From contig CAWFYF010000011.1 in the NCBI GenBank assembly GCA_963819935.1, positions 90,404 to 154,403 of the forward strand: a DNA stretch of 64,000 nt, in the 5' to 3' direction. The notes beneath the pieces are model-generated. The model was not told where the DNA came from and ran no database searches. It worked only from the letters and a program-made list of their open reading frames with translations. The position numbers and the translations under genes are program-made. Of the stretch, positions 29,372-39,077 are shown piece after piece (position 1 is the first letter of the stretch; each line of letters opens with the position of its first letter). The DNA comes from an uncultured Alphaproteobacteria bacterium (GTDB lineage Bacteria > Pseudomonadota > Alphaproteobacteria > Rhizobiales > Xanthobacteraceae).

Positions 29372-30448
29372 ATGCCGCAAGATTCGAGCCTGGAAGTCGC
29401 CGGACGTATCGACGATTGGTGGTCGATCGCGAAAGGCGACGTCCTGTCCGATCCGTTCGGGCGGATGGCGAAAGCCGGCCTGTTCCAGATCGGCCTGCCC
29501 GGGGCAGGCGCAGGCCTCGACAGCTATCGCGCCATCGCGGTCGCCGAGCAGGCGATTGCCGCGAAGACGGGGTTGCCGGGGCTGGCGAGCGCCTTCGCCG
29601 GGCGGCAGATGGTGGCGCGGTTTTTCATCGGAGGTTTTGCCAGCCGGGACCAGCGCGCCGCATGGCTTCCGCGCGTGGCGGCGGGCGAAGTCTGCGCCGT
29701 GATTGCGATCTCCGAACCCGGCGCGGGCGCCCATCCGAAAAACCTGCAGACATCGGCCGAGCCGAATGGCGGCGGTTATGTCGTGCGCGGCCGCAAAGCC
29801 TGGGTCACCAATGGTCCGGTCGCGGATGTGTTTCTGGTGTTGGCCGTGACAGCGGTCGAGCAGGGCCGCAAGCGATACGGATTGTTCCTGATCCCGAAAG
29901 GGACAACAGGCCTCACCGTGAAGCCGATGCCGGCAATGGACGTGCTCGCGCCGGCGATGCATTGCGAACTCGAGCTCGATGGATGCGAGGTGCCGGTGAC
30001 GGCGCGGATCGGCGATATGGCTGACGCCTATCCGGCGATGGCCTTGCCGTTTCGCGACGTCGAGGACACCGTCGGCACCGCCAACATCTCGGGGCTGCTG
30101 AGCTGGCTGCTGGAAAAATGCGCCGCGCGTATCGAGCAATCGGAAGACAATGCCTTGCAGCTCGGCCGCATCGCGGGTCTGGTATCGCTGGTGCAGGCGG
30201 CAAGCCAGCTCGCGGTGGCCGCGCTCGATGGCGAAGGCTCGGAAATGCCGGCGCGGGTGATCGGCGTGCGGCTTCTGGCCCGGCAGATCGTCGATGAAAT
30301 CCGCGAATTGCTGGCGCAGGGCGCGCCCGCTGACGACGCGATGACCCGGGCGCTTGCCGCCTACGATCTGTTGTCCTCGGTCGCGCGCGAACCCCGCAAG
30401 GTGCGGCAGGCCCGGCTTGGAAATTCCCTATGGAGCGTGAAACAGTGA
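29372..30448 (+). CDS. acyl-CoA dehydrogenase-fold protein (divergent C-terminal domain)
   Basis: 358 aa. ISEPGAGAHPKNL and GRKAWVTNGPVADVFLV match the ACAD middle-domain motifs. The C-terminal helical domain is recognisable, but I could not find a YEG-type catalytic-base motif. Confidence 0.75.
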   Translation: MPQDSSLEVAGRIDDWWSIAKGDVLSDPFGRMAKAGLFQIGLPGAGAGLDSYRAIAVAEQAIAAKTGLPGLASAFAGRQMVARFFIGGFASRDQRAAWLPRVAAGEVCAVIAISEPGAGAHPKNLQTSAEPNGGGYVVRGRKAWVTNGPVADVFLVLAVTAVEQGRKRYGLFLIPKGTTGLTVKPMPAMDVLAPAMHCELELDGCEVPVTARIGDMADAYPAMALPFRDVEDTVGTANISGLLSWLLEKCAARIEQSEDNALQLGRIAGLVSLVQAASQLAVAALDGEGSEMPARVIGVRLLARQIVDEIRELLAQGAPADDAMTRALAAYDLLSSVAREPRKVRQARLGNSLWSVKQ

Positions 30449-31395
30449 CCCACAATACTCTACCGGCGGATTCGATCGAGGCCGTCACACGCGGACTGGC
30501 GTCGGCCGGATATATCGCCAGCAAGCAGATCGCGACCGCGATCTATCTCGCCGAGCGGATCGAGAAACCGATTCTGGTGGAAGGTCCGGCCGGTGTCGGC
30601 AAGACCGAACTCGCCAAGGCGCTGGCGGCCTGGCGCGGGCTCAGGATGATCCGCATGCAGTGCTATGAAGGGCTCGACGAGGCCAAGGCACTCTATGAGT
30701 GGAAATACGCCAAGCAATTGCTCTACACCCAAATATTGAAGGACAAGCTCGGTGAGGTGCTCGGCGGCGCCGACACGCTGGCCGCCGCACTCGGCAAATT
30801 GCACGATTTCGGCGACGTGTTCTTCTCCAAGGAATTCGTCGAGCCGCGCCCCCTGCTGCAGGCCCTGGAGCAGCCGAAGGGCTGCGTGCTGCTGGTGGAC
30901 GAGATCGACAAGTCCGACGCCGAATTCGAATCGCTGCTGCTCGAAATCCTGTCGGACTACCAGGTCAGCATCCCCGAACTCGGAACCGTCGTGGCAACCG
31001 TCAAGCCGATCGTGATCCTGACGTCGAACGGCGAGCGCGATCTTTCGGACGCGCTCAAGCGCCGCTGCCTGCATCTGCATATCGGCTTTCCCGAGCAGAA
31101 GCTGGAGGAACGGATCGTCGAAAGCCGGGTACCCGGGATTTCACAAACCCTGCGCACGCAACTCGTCGGCTTCATCAACCAGGTCCGCGCGCTCGATTTG
31201 AAGAAGCTCCCGTCGGTCAGCGAGACCATCGACTGGGCGCGGGTACTGGTGCTGCTGCAGGCTTCCGAGCTGGACCATGAAACCGTCAAGGACACGCTCA
31301 ATGTGCTCTTGAAATACGAGGCCGACATCGAGACCACGCTGCCGCAGGTGACGACCTTCGTCGCCAAGGCCGGCCGGCAGGGCGTGTTCGGCTGA
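30430..31395 (+). CDS. MoxR-class AAA+ ATPase (CoxD-like)
   Basis: 321 aa. Walker A VEGPAGVGKTELAKAL, Walker B VLLVDEIDKSD, RCLHLHIGFP sensor region. Overlaps the ACAD-like gene by 19 nt. Confidence 0.88.
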   Translation: MERETVTHNTLPADSIEAVTRGLASAGYIASKQIATAIYLAERIEKPILVEGPAGVGKTELAKALAAWRGLRMIRMQCYEGLDEAKALYEWKYAKQLLYTQILKDKLGEVLGGADTLAAALGKLHDFGDVFFSKEFVEPRPLLQALEQPKGCVLLVDEIDKSDAEFESLLLEILSDYQVSIPELGTVVATVKPIVILTSNGERDLSDALKRRCLHLHIGFPEQKLEERIVESRVPGISQTLRTQLVGFINQVRALDLKKLPSVSETIDWARVLVLLQASELDHETVKDTLNVLLKYEADIETTLPQVTTFVAKAGRQGVFG

Positions 31396-32765
31396 TGCGC
31401 CAGGAAATGCATCGCTTCTTCCGGGCGGCGCGCGGCGCCGGCGTTCGGGTATCGCCCGCGGAAAGCATCGATGCCATGAAGGCGGTGGCCGATGTCGGAT
31501 TTGCCAACCGCGCCATTCTGCGTGACACGCTGCTGCTGACGCTCGCCAAGAGCGAGGAAGAAAAGCAGGCGCTCGGCGATTGCTTTGACCTGTTCTTCAG
31601 CCAGCCGGAAGCGAAGGAAGAAATCGCGCCGGAAGACGCTGCCGAAAGCAAGAGTGCGGATACGAGCCCGAGCGAGTTGGAGCAGGGCGGCGACGCCGGC
31701 GCGCCCTCGCCGGAACTCGGTGATCTCGCGCAGATGCTGCTGTCGCGGGATCGCAACGCGATCGCGGCCGCGATGGCGGCTGCCGCGAATGCCGCCTCGC
31801 TTTCCGACATCCGCTATTTCACCCAGCGCGGCATCTTCTCGACCCGGATTCTCGAGCAACTCGGGATCGAGCGGCTGCGCGACGACCTGGACGCGCTGAC
31901 CGCGGCCAATCCGGCCGATGCCGAACGGCTCGCGGCGGCGCTGGAGGCGCTGCGCGAAAACGTGCGCGATGTCGTCAATCAGGCGCTCTTGCTTTACGGG
32001 CGCGAGGAGAGCGAGAACCTGCGCCATGAAATCCTGCGCAACGCGCCGCTCGCCCGGCTCGAACGCCGGCAGGTCGAGCAGATGAAGGCGCTGATCCGCG
32101 CCATCGCGCGGCGCCTGCGCGAGCGTTACAGCAAGCCTCGCAAGCGCCAGCGGCGCGGCCATCTCGATCTCCGGCGAACGCTGCGGCGCAACGCCGCCTG
32201 GGGCAGCGTCCCGTTCCTGATCTCGTGGAAACGCCGGCATCGCGACCGGCCCAAGATCGTGGCGCTGTGCGATGTCTCGGGATCGGTGGCGCAGGTGTCC
32301 GACTTCTTCCTGCTGTTGATCCACAGCCTGCACGAGGTGGTGGACGACGTGCGCTCGTTCGCCTTTTCCGGCCATCTGATCGAAGTCAGCGACATCCTCG
32401 ACAAGAAGACGCCGGAAGAGGCCATGAGCGAGATCATGTCCAAGGTCGGCTTCGGCTCGTCCGACTATGGCGGATCGCTGGTGGATTTCGAGAAGGATTT
32501 CATCAACACCGTGACGCCGAAGACGACGGTGATCGTGCTCGGCGACGCCCGCACCAACAACCTCGATCCGCGCGCCGACATCCTTCGCACCATTTCGGAG
32601 CGATCCAAGCGGCTGGTCTGGCTCAACCCCGAGGGACGCATGGCCTGGGGCTGGGGCGATTCCGAGATGCCGCGCTATGCCAGCTTCTGCAGCGTCGTGC
32701 GCCAGTGCGCCACCGCAAAGCAGCTCGAGCGGGCCGTGTCGGATATCGTGGCGGCCTATCAATAA
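31395..32765 (+). CDS. VWA-domain protein, CoxE-like
   Basis: 456 aa. C-terminal VWA with MIDAS ALCDVSGSV and VIVLGDARTN...WLNPE, as in CoxE-type proteins. The start overlaps the AAA+ gene stop. Confidence 0.85.
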   Translation: MRQEMHRFFRAARGAGVRVSPAESIDAMKAVADVGFANRAILRDTLLLTLAKSEEEKQALGDCFDLFFSQPEAKEEIAPEDAAESKSADTSPSELEQGGDAGAPSPELGDLAQMLLSRDRNAIAAAMAAAANAASLSDIRYFTQRGIFSTRILEQLGIERLRDDLDALTAANPADAERLAAALEALRENVRDVVNQALLLYGREESENLRHEILRNAPLARLERRQVEQMKALIRAIARRLRERYSKPRKRQRRGHLDLRRTLRRNAAWGSVPFLISWKRRHRDRPKIVALCDVSGSVAQVSDFFLLLIHSLHEVVDDVRSFAFSGHLIEVSDILDKKTPEEAMSEIMSKVGFGSSDYGGSLVDFEKDFINTVTPKTTVIVLGDARTNNLDPRADILRTISERSKRLVWLNPEGRMAWGWGDSEMPRYASFCSVVRQCATAKQLERAVSDIVAAYQ

Positions 32766-32833
32766 GCCATTGTGGTCCGTAGCCGGCGGCGGGTAAAAGC
32801 CGGGCTGGCTACCATCGCAGCGGATCTCGCAAA

Positions 32834-33844
32834 ATGCCCACGAAAGTCTCTGATAGCGCCGTCTCCCGGTCCCTGGTCCGGGCGTTCCTCACCGTGCTTG
32901 TGCTGCTGGGGCTCGCTCTGCCTCAACGCCCGGCCGGCGCCGAAACCAAATATCCGAGCAAACCGGTGCGTGTCGTGTTGCCCTTCGCGGCGGGCGGCGT
33001 TGCCGATATCACCGCGCGCGTCATTGCGGACAGGCTTGGCAGCAAGCTCGGAGAGCGCTTTTACATCGAAAACCAGCCTGGCGCCGGCGGCATCGCCGCG
33101 GCCCGAACCGTGACCTCTTCGGCGCCGGATGGGTATACGCTGGCGCTGCTGTCCAATGGAACCGCGATTAGCGTCTCCCTGTTCAGCCATTTGCCCTACG
33201 ATCCGCTGAAGGCCTTCGCCCCGATCTCGAGCCTGGGCTATTTCGATTTCATCTTCTCAACCAGCGCGGAATCGCCATTCAAGACGCTCGCGGACTTCAT
33301 CGCCGCCGCCAAGGCAAAGCCCGGCACGCTCAATGTCGGGACCATCAACATCGGCAGCACGCAGAACCTGTCGGCGGAGCTGCTCAAGACCGCGGCCGGC
33401 ATCGATTTCACCATCATTCCCTACCGGGGAACGCCGGAATTGCTGGTGTCGACCATGCAGGGCAACGTCGCGCTGATGATCGACAGTTATTCTTCGATGA
33501 AGGGCAATCTCGCCGAAGGGAAGATCCGGGCGCTGGCGTCGTCGGGGCCGGTACGCTCCGAAAGCACGCCGGATATTCCCACCTTGCAGGAATCGGGCGT
33601 CGCCAATTACGACGTCGTCTCCTGGAACGCGCTGTTCGCTCCTGCCGGTACGCCACCCGACATCATCAAGACGCTCAATCAGGCGCTGCAGGAAATACTC
33701 AGCGAGCCAGAGGTGAAGAAACGCCTGCTCGAACTCGGCATCGAGGCCAGGGCCTCCACGCCCGAGGAGATATCGGCTAGGCTGAAGTCCGATATCGACA
33801 AGTGGCAGAAGGTGATCGAGAAGGCGGGGATTCCGAAGCAGTAG
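32834..33844 (+). CDS. Bug/TctC-family tripartite tricarboxylate transporter substrate-binding protein
   Basis: 336 aa. Signal peptide, then YPSKPVRVVLPFAAGGVADITARVIADRL...ENQPGAGG. Confidence 0.88.
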   Translation: MPTKVSDSAVSRSLVRAFLTVLVLLGLALPQRPAGAETKYPSKPVRVVLPFAAGGVADITARVIADRLGSKLGERFYIENQPGAGGIAAARTVTSSAPDGYTLALLSNGTAISVSLFSHLPYDPLKAFAPISSLGYFDFIFSTSAESPFKTLADFIAAAKAKPGTLNVGTINIGSTQNLSAELLKTAAGIDFTIIPYRGTPELLVSTMQGNVALMIDSYSSMKGNLAEGKIRALASSGPVRSESTPDIPTLQESGVANYDVVSWNALFAPAGTPPDIIKTLNQALQEILSEPEVKKRLLELGIEARASTPEEISARLKSDIDKWQKVIEKAGIPKQ

Positions 33845-33908
33845 CGGCGATGGGTCCTGGCCTCAGGGCGTTGACTTAAGCGCGATTTAGTCCTGATCTG
33901 GCCGCTCC

Positions 33909-34814
33909 ATGAACCTTAAACAGCTCGAATACTTCGTGCAGGTGGCCGAGCTAGGCAGCTTCAGCAAGGCCGCGGTGGTACTCGACATCGCGCAGCCGGC
34001 GCTTAGCCGGCAAGTGCGCAGCCTGGAAACCGAACTGCACCAGCAGTTGTTCCTGCGCAACGGCCGGGGCGTCACGCTGACCGATGCCGGCAAGCGGCTG
34101 TTCGATCACAGCGTGGCGGTGATGCAGCTGATGGCGCACGCCCGCGAGGATTTGGGCGCAAGCCGCAACGAGCCGATCGGGCGGGTGATCATCGGCCTGC
34201 CGCCAAGCATGGGCCGTCAGCTCACGCTTCCGCTGATTGACCGCTTCAAGAAGGAGCTTCCCGCCGCGAGGGTCGCGATCGTCGAGGGGTTGTCGACCCA
34301 TATCGTCGAATGGGTGACGACCGGGCGCATCGACATCGGTCTGGTCTACAACCCCGAAGCGCAGCCGGGACTCGAGATCACGCCGCTGCTTCAGGAACAG
34401 CTCGGATTGGTGGGGCATGCCCCCAAAGGCAAGCGGAAGCGGGTCGCACTGCCGCCGCTGCAGATGAAGGAGTTGTCGAATTATCCCCTGATCGTTCCGG
34501 AGCGGGTACACGCCATGCGCCGGCTGCTGGATACCCAGGCGGCGCTCGCCGGCATCAAGCTCGATATCGCCTGGGAGGTGTCGAGCGTGCCGTCCATCAT
34601 CGATCTCGTCTGCGCCGGCTACGGCTACGCAGTGCTCACCGCCAGCGGCGTGGCCGCATCGGCACGCTCGGGCGAACTGGTGACGCGCCGGCTGGTGGAC
34701 CCGACGCCCGTCAGCGTGCTGTGCCTGGCGATCTCGGCGCACCGGCGTCCCACGCCGTTGACTCAGCACACGATGCGGCTGTTGACGGCGCTGGTGCGGG
34801 AGCTTCCCGTCTAA
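33909..34814 (+). CDS. LysR-family transcriptional regulator
   Basis: 301 aa. N-terminal wHTH MNLKQLEYFVQVAELGSFSKAAVVLDIAQPALSRQVRSLE. Its position upstream of the lig-type cluster suggests a LigR/PmdR-like role (inference). Confidence 0.88.
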   Translation: MNLKQLEYFVQVAELGSFSKAAVVLDIAQPALSRQVRSLETELHQQLFLRNGRGVTLTDAGKRLFDHSVAVMQLMAHAREDLGASRNEPIGRVIIGLPPSMGRQLTLPLIDRFKKELPAARVAIVEGLSTHIVEWVTTGRIDIGLVYNPEAQPGLEITPLLQEQLGLVGHAPKGKRKRVALPPLQMKELSNYPLIVPERVHAMRRLLDTQAALAGIKLDIAWEVSSVPSIIDLVCAGYGYAVLTASGVAASARSGELVTRRLVDPTPVSVLCLAISAHRRPTPLTQHTMRLLTALVRELPV

Positions 34815-35060
34815 TCATTTTCGGCATAGTTGGTACCCACGAGCTATGCTGAATTGCGATAGCTGATATAGGGTGCGGGGCGCTGGCGGAAGGCAGGCTG
34901 GCTGGCCAAAGTACCTCGATCCGGACTCGCCTGACTCGCGGCAGCAGTCACCGATCCGGCCGATCCTCAGGAAGCAAGACGACCGTCAGTCCGGGGAACT
35001 CGACCCAGTCGGGTCCAACGATTCCGGTGCAGAGCCGGATAAAAAAGGGAGCAAGTCGGC

Positions 35061-36038
35061 ATGCTTAGACGCACCTTTCTCAGGGGGGCCGCATGCCTGG
35101 GCGCCGTGTCGCCGCTTGCCGCGAACCAGTCGCTGGCAGCGGAGAGCCCGGCTGCGGAAGCCAAGCCAATTCCCGCCATTCCCGGTCCGGACCAGAATAC
35201 GAAAACGCCCACCTTCAAGGTGCCTGCGGGCACCATCGATACGCATACCCACATTTTCGGCCCCGCCGCCGACTATCCGTTCTCGCCGACCCGGCCCTAT
35301 ACGCCACCCGATGCGCCGCTGCCGATGTTTCGTGCGCTGCATGAGAAGATCGGCGTCCATCGCGCCGTGATCGTCAATGCAACCCTGCACGGGTTCGACA
35401 ATCGGGTCGTGACGGACGCCATCGCGCAGAGCGGCGGCAACTATAAAGGCATCGCGAACATCAACAACGCGATGTCGGATGCCGATCTCGCGGCGCTGGA
35501 CAAGGCCGGCATCAGGGGCTGCCGTTTTGCCTTCCTCAAGCGACTGGGCGGCGTCGGCGACATGAACGTGTTCAAGCGGTTGGTGGATCGGGCCGCCGCG
35601 ATCGGCTGGCATGTCGACATCTATCTCGAGCCTGGAAGCATCCGCGAGTTCATGCCGATCCTGACGGCGCTGCCGACCACCTATGTCATCGATCACATGG
35701 GCACGATCGCGGCCGCCAAGGGGCTCGATGATCCCGAATTCAAGGCATTGCTCGATCTTCAGAAGAGCGACGAGAAGTGCTGGGTGAAAATCACGGGGCT
35801 CGAGCGTGCCTCGGCCGGCGGGCCTCCGTTCCATGACTCGGTCCCGTTCGCGAAGAGCCTGATCGACAACGCGCCGGACCGCGTAATCTGGGGTACCGAC
35901 TGGCCGCACCCGAACGTCAAGATCATGCCGAATGACGGCGATCTGGTCGATCTCATTCCGCTGTATGCGCCGGAGCCCGCGACCCGGCAAAAGCTGCTGG
36001 TCGACAATCCCGTGCGCCTGTTCAAGTTCCAGAGCTAG
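35061..36038 (+). CDS. amidohydrolase_2-family lactonase (LigI-like) with a predicted Tat signal peptide
   Basis: 325 aa. MLRRTFLRGAACLGAVSPLAANQSLAAE (RR-x-FL, h-region, A-x-A), then FKVPAGTIDTHTHIFGP...DHMG...VIWGTDWPHPN, colinear with the cytoplasmic LigI at 39996-40952. Confidence 0.8.
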   Translation: MLRRTFLRGAACLGAVSPLAANQSLAAESPAAEAKPIPAIPGPDQNTKTPTFKVPAGTIDTHTHIFGPAADYPFSPTRPYTPPDAPLPMFRALHEKIGVHRAVIVNATLHGFDNRVVTDAIAQSGGNYKGIANINNAMSDADLAALDKAGIRGCRFAFLKRLGGVGDMNVFKRLVDRAAAIGWHVDIYLEPGSIREFMPILTALPTTYVIDHMGTIAAAKGLDDPEFKALLDLQKSDEKCWVKITGLERASAGGPPFHDSVPFAKSLIDNAPDRVIWGTDWPHPNVKIMPNDGDLVDLIPLYAPEPATRQKLLVDNPVRLFKFQS

Positions 36039-36182
36039 GCAACGATAGAAAATCCGATAAAGGCAGTTATAGGACTACACTTTGAGCCATGGCAAACTAG
36101 CAGCGCTGTCGCGGGGCCGCCGTCGCCGGATACGCCGATGGTTCCGTTCAGCGTTGCCATTCGAGATGTGAGCGAGAATCCG

Positions 36183-37292
36183 ATGCAAACCGCGATCCCC
36201 TGTCTTTTCATGCGTGGAGGCACTTCGCGAGGGCCGTTCTTCAAGGCCGGCGATTTGCCCTCCGATTTGCCGACGCGCGACAAGGTGCTGCTGTCGGTGA
36301 TGGGTTCCCCCGACAAGCGCCAGATCGACGGTCTCGGCGGCGCGCATCCGCTGACCTCCAAGGTCGGCATCGTGTCCAAGGGAAGCAAGCCCGGCGTCGA
36401 TCTCGATTTCCTGTTCGCCCAGCTGCAGCCCGACAAGGATACCGTCGACACCACGCCCAATTGCGGCAACATGCTCGCCGCCGTGGTGCCGTTCGCGCTC
36501 GAGACCGGCATGGTCAGGCCGCAGGGCGACACCACCACGCTACGCGTGCTGACGCTCAACACCGACATGCAATGCGACATCACGGTGCAAACGCCGAACG
36601 GCCATGTCGAGTACGAAGGCAAGGCACGCATCGACGGCGCGCCGGGGACCTCGGCGCCGATCACGGTCAACTTCCTCGACACCGCCGGCTCGGTCGCGCC
36701 GGGCCTGCTTCCGACCGGCAACGTCCGCGACATCATCGATGGCGTCGAGGTGACCTGCATCGACAACGGCATGCCGCTGGTGATGTTCAAGGCCGGCGAT
36801 GTCGGTCGCACCGGCTATGAGAGCGTCGATCAGATGAATGCCGATACCGAACTGAAAACGCGGATCGAGCGGCTGCGGATCGCCTGCGGCCACGCGATGC
36901 AGCTCGGCGACGTCACCGCCAAGAACTACCCGAAGATGACGCTGATATCGGCGCCGCGCGCCGGCGGCAGCATCTCCACGCGCAGCTTCATCCCGCATGT
37001 CTGCCACGACGCGATCGGGGTGCTCGCGGCGGTGACGGTGGCGACCGCCTGCGTGCTCGATGGTTCGATCACGCAGGGCATCGCCTCGGTTCCTTCTGGG
37101 AGCGTCAAGAAAATATCGGTCGAACATCCGACCGGCGAGTTCAGCGTCGAGATCGAGGTCGATCCGGCCAATCCGCAGAATGTGACCCGCGCCGCCCTGC
37201 TGCGCACCGCGCGGCTGTTGATGCGCGGCGAGGTCATGATTCCCGGCTCGGTCTGGGCGCCGAAGGCTAAACTCGAAGCGGCGGCGAAATAG
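36183..37292 (+). CDS. ligU: PrpF-family 4-oxalomesaconate tautomerase (GalD/LigU-like)
   Basis: ATG 36183 in ORF 36138-37292. MQTAIPCLFMRGGTSRGPFF...TPNCGNM...IPHVCHDAIGVL is typical of the PrpF/GalD fold. Confidence 0.82.
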   Translation: MQTAIPCLFMRGGTSRGPFFKAGDLPSDLPTRDKVLLSVMGSPDKRQIDGLGGAHPLTSKVGIVSKGSKPGVDLDFLFAQLQPDKDTVDTTPNCGNMLAAVVPFALETGMVRPQGDTTTLRVLTLNTDMQCDITVQTPNGHVEYEGKARIDGAPGTSAPITVNFLDTAGSVAPGLLPTGNVRDIIDGVEVTCIDNGMPLVMFKAGDVGRTGYESVDQMNADTELKTRIERLRIACGHAMQLGDVTAKNYPKMTLISAPRAGGSISTRSFIPHVCHDAIGVLAAVTVATACVLDGSITQGIASVPSGSVKKISVEHPTGEFSVEIEVDPANPQNVTRAALLRTARLLMRGEVMIPGSVWAPKAKLEAAAK

Positions 37293-37346
37293 AAAACGCA
37301 AGGAAGCGGCGTGATCGAACGGGTCGGCCGCAGAAGGAGAGTTTAA

Positions 37347-38375
37347 GTGATCATCGACGTGCACGGCCACTACACCACGGCGCCCAAGGCGCTCGAGGAC
37401 TGGCGTAACCGGCAGATCGCGGGCATCAAGGATCCCTCGGCCATGCCCAAGGTGAGCGAGCTCAAGATCAGCGACGACGAGCTGCGCGAAAGCATCGTCA
37501 ACAACCAGCTCAAGAAGATGCAGGAGCGCGGCAGCGACCTCACCATCTTCAGTCCGCGCGCCAGCTTCATGGCGCACCATATCGGCGACTTCCAGGTTTC
37601 CTCGACCTGGGCCGCGATCTGTAACGAGCTGTGCGCGCGCGTCAGCAAGCTGTTCCCGGACTCCTTCATCGGCGCGGCGATGCTGCCGCAGTCGCCGGGC
37701 GTCGATCCCAAGACCTGCATTCCCGAGCTTGAGAAATGCGTCAAGGAGTACGGCTTCGTCGGCATCAACCTCAATCCCGATCCTTCGGGCGGCCACTGGA
37801 CATCCCCGCCGCTGTCGGACCGGCAGTGGTATCCGATCTACGAGAAGATGGTGGAACTCGACATCCCCGCCATGATTCATGTCTCCACCAGCTGCAACGC
37901 CTGCTTCCACACCACGGGCGCGCATTATCTGAACGCCGACACCACGGCCTTCATGCAGTGCCTGACCTCGGACCTGTTCAAGGATTTCCCGAAGCTGAAA
38001 TTTCTTATCCCCCATGGCGGCGGCGCGGTGCCCTATCACTGGGGCCGTTTCCGCGGCCTGGCGCAGGAATTGAAGAAGCCGTTGTTGAAGGATCATCTGC
38101 TGCACAACATCTTCTTCGACACTTGCGTCTATCACCAGAAGGGCATCGACCTCCTGACCGGGGTCATTCCGGTCGAGAACATCCTGTTCGCCAGCGAGAT
38201 GATCGGCGCGGTGCGCGGCATCGATCCCGAAACCGGCTTCCCCTATGACGACACCAAGCGCTACATCGAGGCCTCGACCATCCTCAGCGCCGAGGACAAG
38301 AAAAAGGTCTACGAGGGCAACGCGCGGCGCGTGTTCCCGCGCCTCGACGCCGCGCTGAAAGCAAAGGGCAAGTAA
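37347..38375 (+). CDS. ligJ: 4-oxalomesaconate hydratase (amidohydrolase_2 family)
   Basis: 342 aa. [16 protein letters not shown]...[13 protein letters not shown]...[20 protein letters not shown] start. Confidence 0.85.
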   Translation: MIIDVHGHYTTAPKALEDWRNRQIAGIKDPSAMPKVSELKISDDELRESIVNNQLKKMQERGSDLTIFSPRASFMAHHIGDFQVSSTWAAICNELCARVSKLFPDSFIGAAMLPQSPGVDPKTCIPELEKCVKEYGFVGINLNPDPSGGHWTSPPLSDRQWYPIYEKMVELDIPAMIHVSTSCNACFHTTGAHYLNADTTAFMQCLTSDLFKDFPKLKFLIPHGGGAVPYHWGRFRGLAQELKKPLLKDHLLHNIFFDTCVYHQKGIDLLTGVIPVENILFASEMIGAVRGIDPETGFPYDDTKRYIEASTILSAEDKKKVYEGNARRVFPRLDAALKAKGK

Positions 38376-38376
38376 C

Positions 38377-39072
38377 ATGAGCATGCCGATGAACAATCTC
38401 GGTATCGTCAAGCGCAACATCGTCCGCGCCGACAAGGCGGCGGTGGAAAAGCTGTCGCGCTTCGGAGTTGCCACCATCCATGAGGCAATGGGCCGGGTCG
38501 GCCTGATGCAGCCTTATATGCGGCCGATCTACGCAAGCGCCAAGGCGTGCGGCCCCGCGGTCACCGTGCTGCTGCAGCCGGGCGACAACTGGATGATGCA
38601 TGTGGTGGCCGAGCAGTTGCAGCCGGGCGATGTGGTGGTGGCGGCCTGCACCGCCGAGAACACCGACGGCTTTTTCGGCGACTTGCTGGCGACCAGTTTT
38701 CGCGCCCGCGGCGCCAAGGGGCTCGTGATCGACGGCGGCGTACGCGACGTGGCCGACCTGACCGAAATGCAGTTTCCGGTGTTCTCCAGGGCGATCAGCG
38801 CCAAGGGCACGGTGAAGGCGACGCTCGGCTCGGTGAACATTCCGGTCGTCTGCGCCGGCGCGCTGGTCAATCCGGGGGACGTGGTGATCGCCGATGTAGA
38901 CGGCGTCGTCGTCGTTCCCGCTGATGTCGCCCAGCAGGTGGCCGATGCGGCGGAGGCGCGCGAGGCCAACGAGGGCGAGAAGCGCGAGAAGCTGGCGGCC
39001 GGGGTGCTGGGTCTGGACATGTACAAGATGCGCGAGCCGCTGGCGAAGGCCGGCCTCAAATACATCGATTGA
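38377..39072 (+). CDS. ligK: 4-carboxy-4-hydroxy-2-oxoadipate aldolase / oxaloacetate decarboxylase (RraA-fold)
   Basis: 231 aa. [14 protein letters not shown]...GDNWMMH...[10 protein letters not shown] motifs of LigK/ProA/RraA-like aldolases. Confidence 0.85.
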   Translation: MSMPMNNLGIVKRNIVRADKAAVEKLSRFGVATIHEAMGRVGLMQPYMRPIYASAKACGPAVTVLLQPGDNWMMHVVAEQLQPGDVVVAACTAENTDGFFGDLLATSFRARGAKGLVIDGGVRDVADLTEMQFPVFSRAISAKGTVKATLGSVNIPVVCAGALVNPGDVVIADVDGVVVVPADVAQQVADAAEAREANEGEKREKLAAGVLGLDMYKMREPLAKAGLKYID

Positions 39073-39077
39073 TCGCC

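Noticed and set aside
30957-32762. 601-aa ORF on the - strand
   Set aside because: It is antisense to the MoxR-like and CoxE-like genes, which have clear Walker and MIDAS motifs. The composition is artefactual.
36540-38477. 645-aa ORF on the - strand
   Set aside because: It is antisense to the ligU/ligJ/ligK genes. No motifs, Arg/Ala/Asp-rich.
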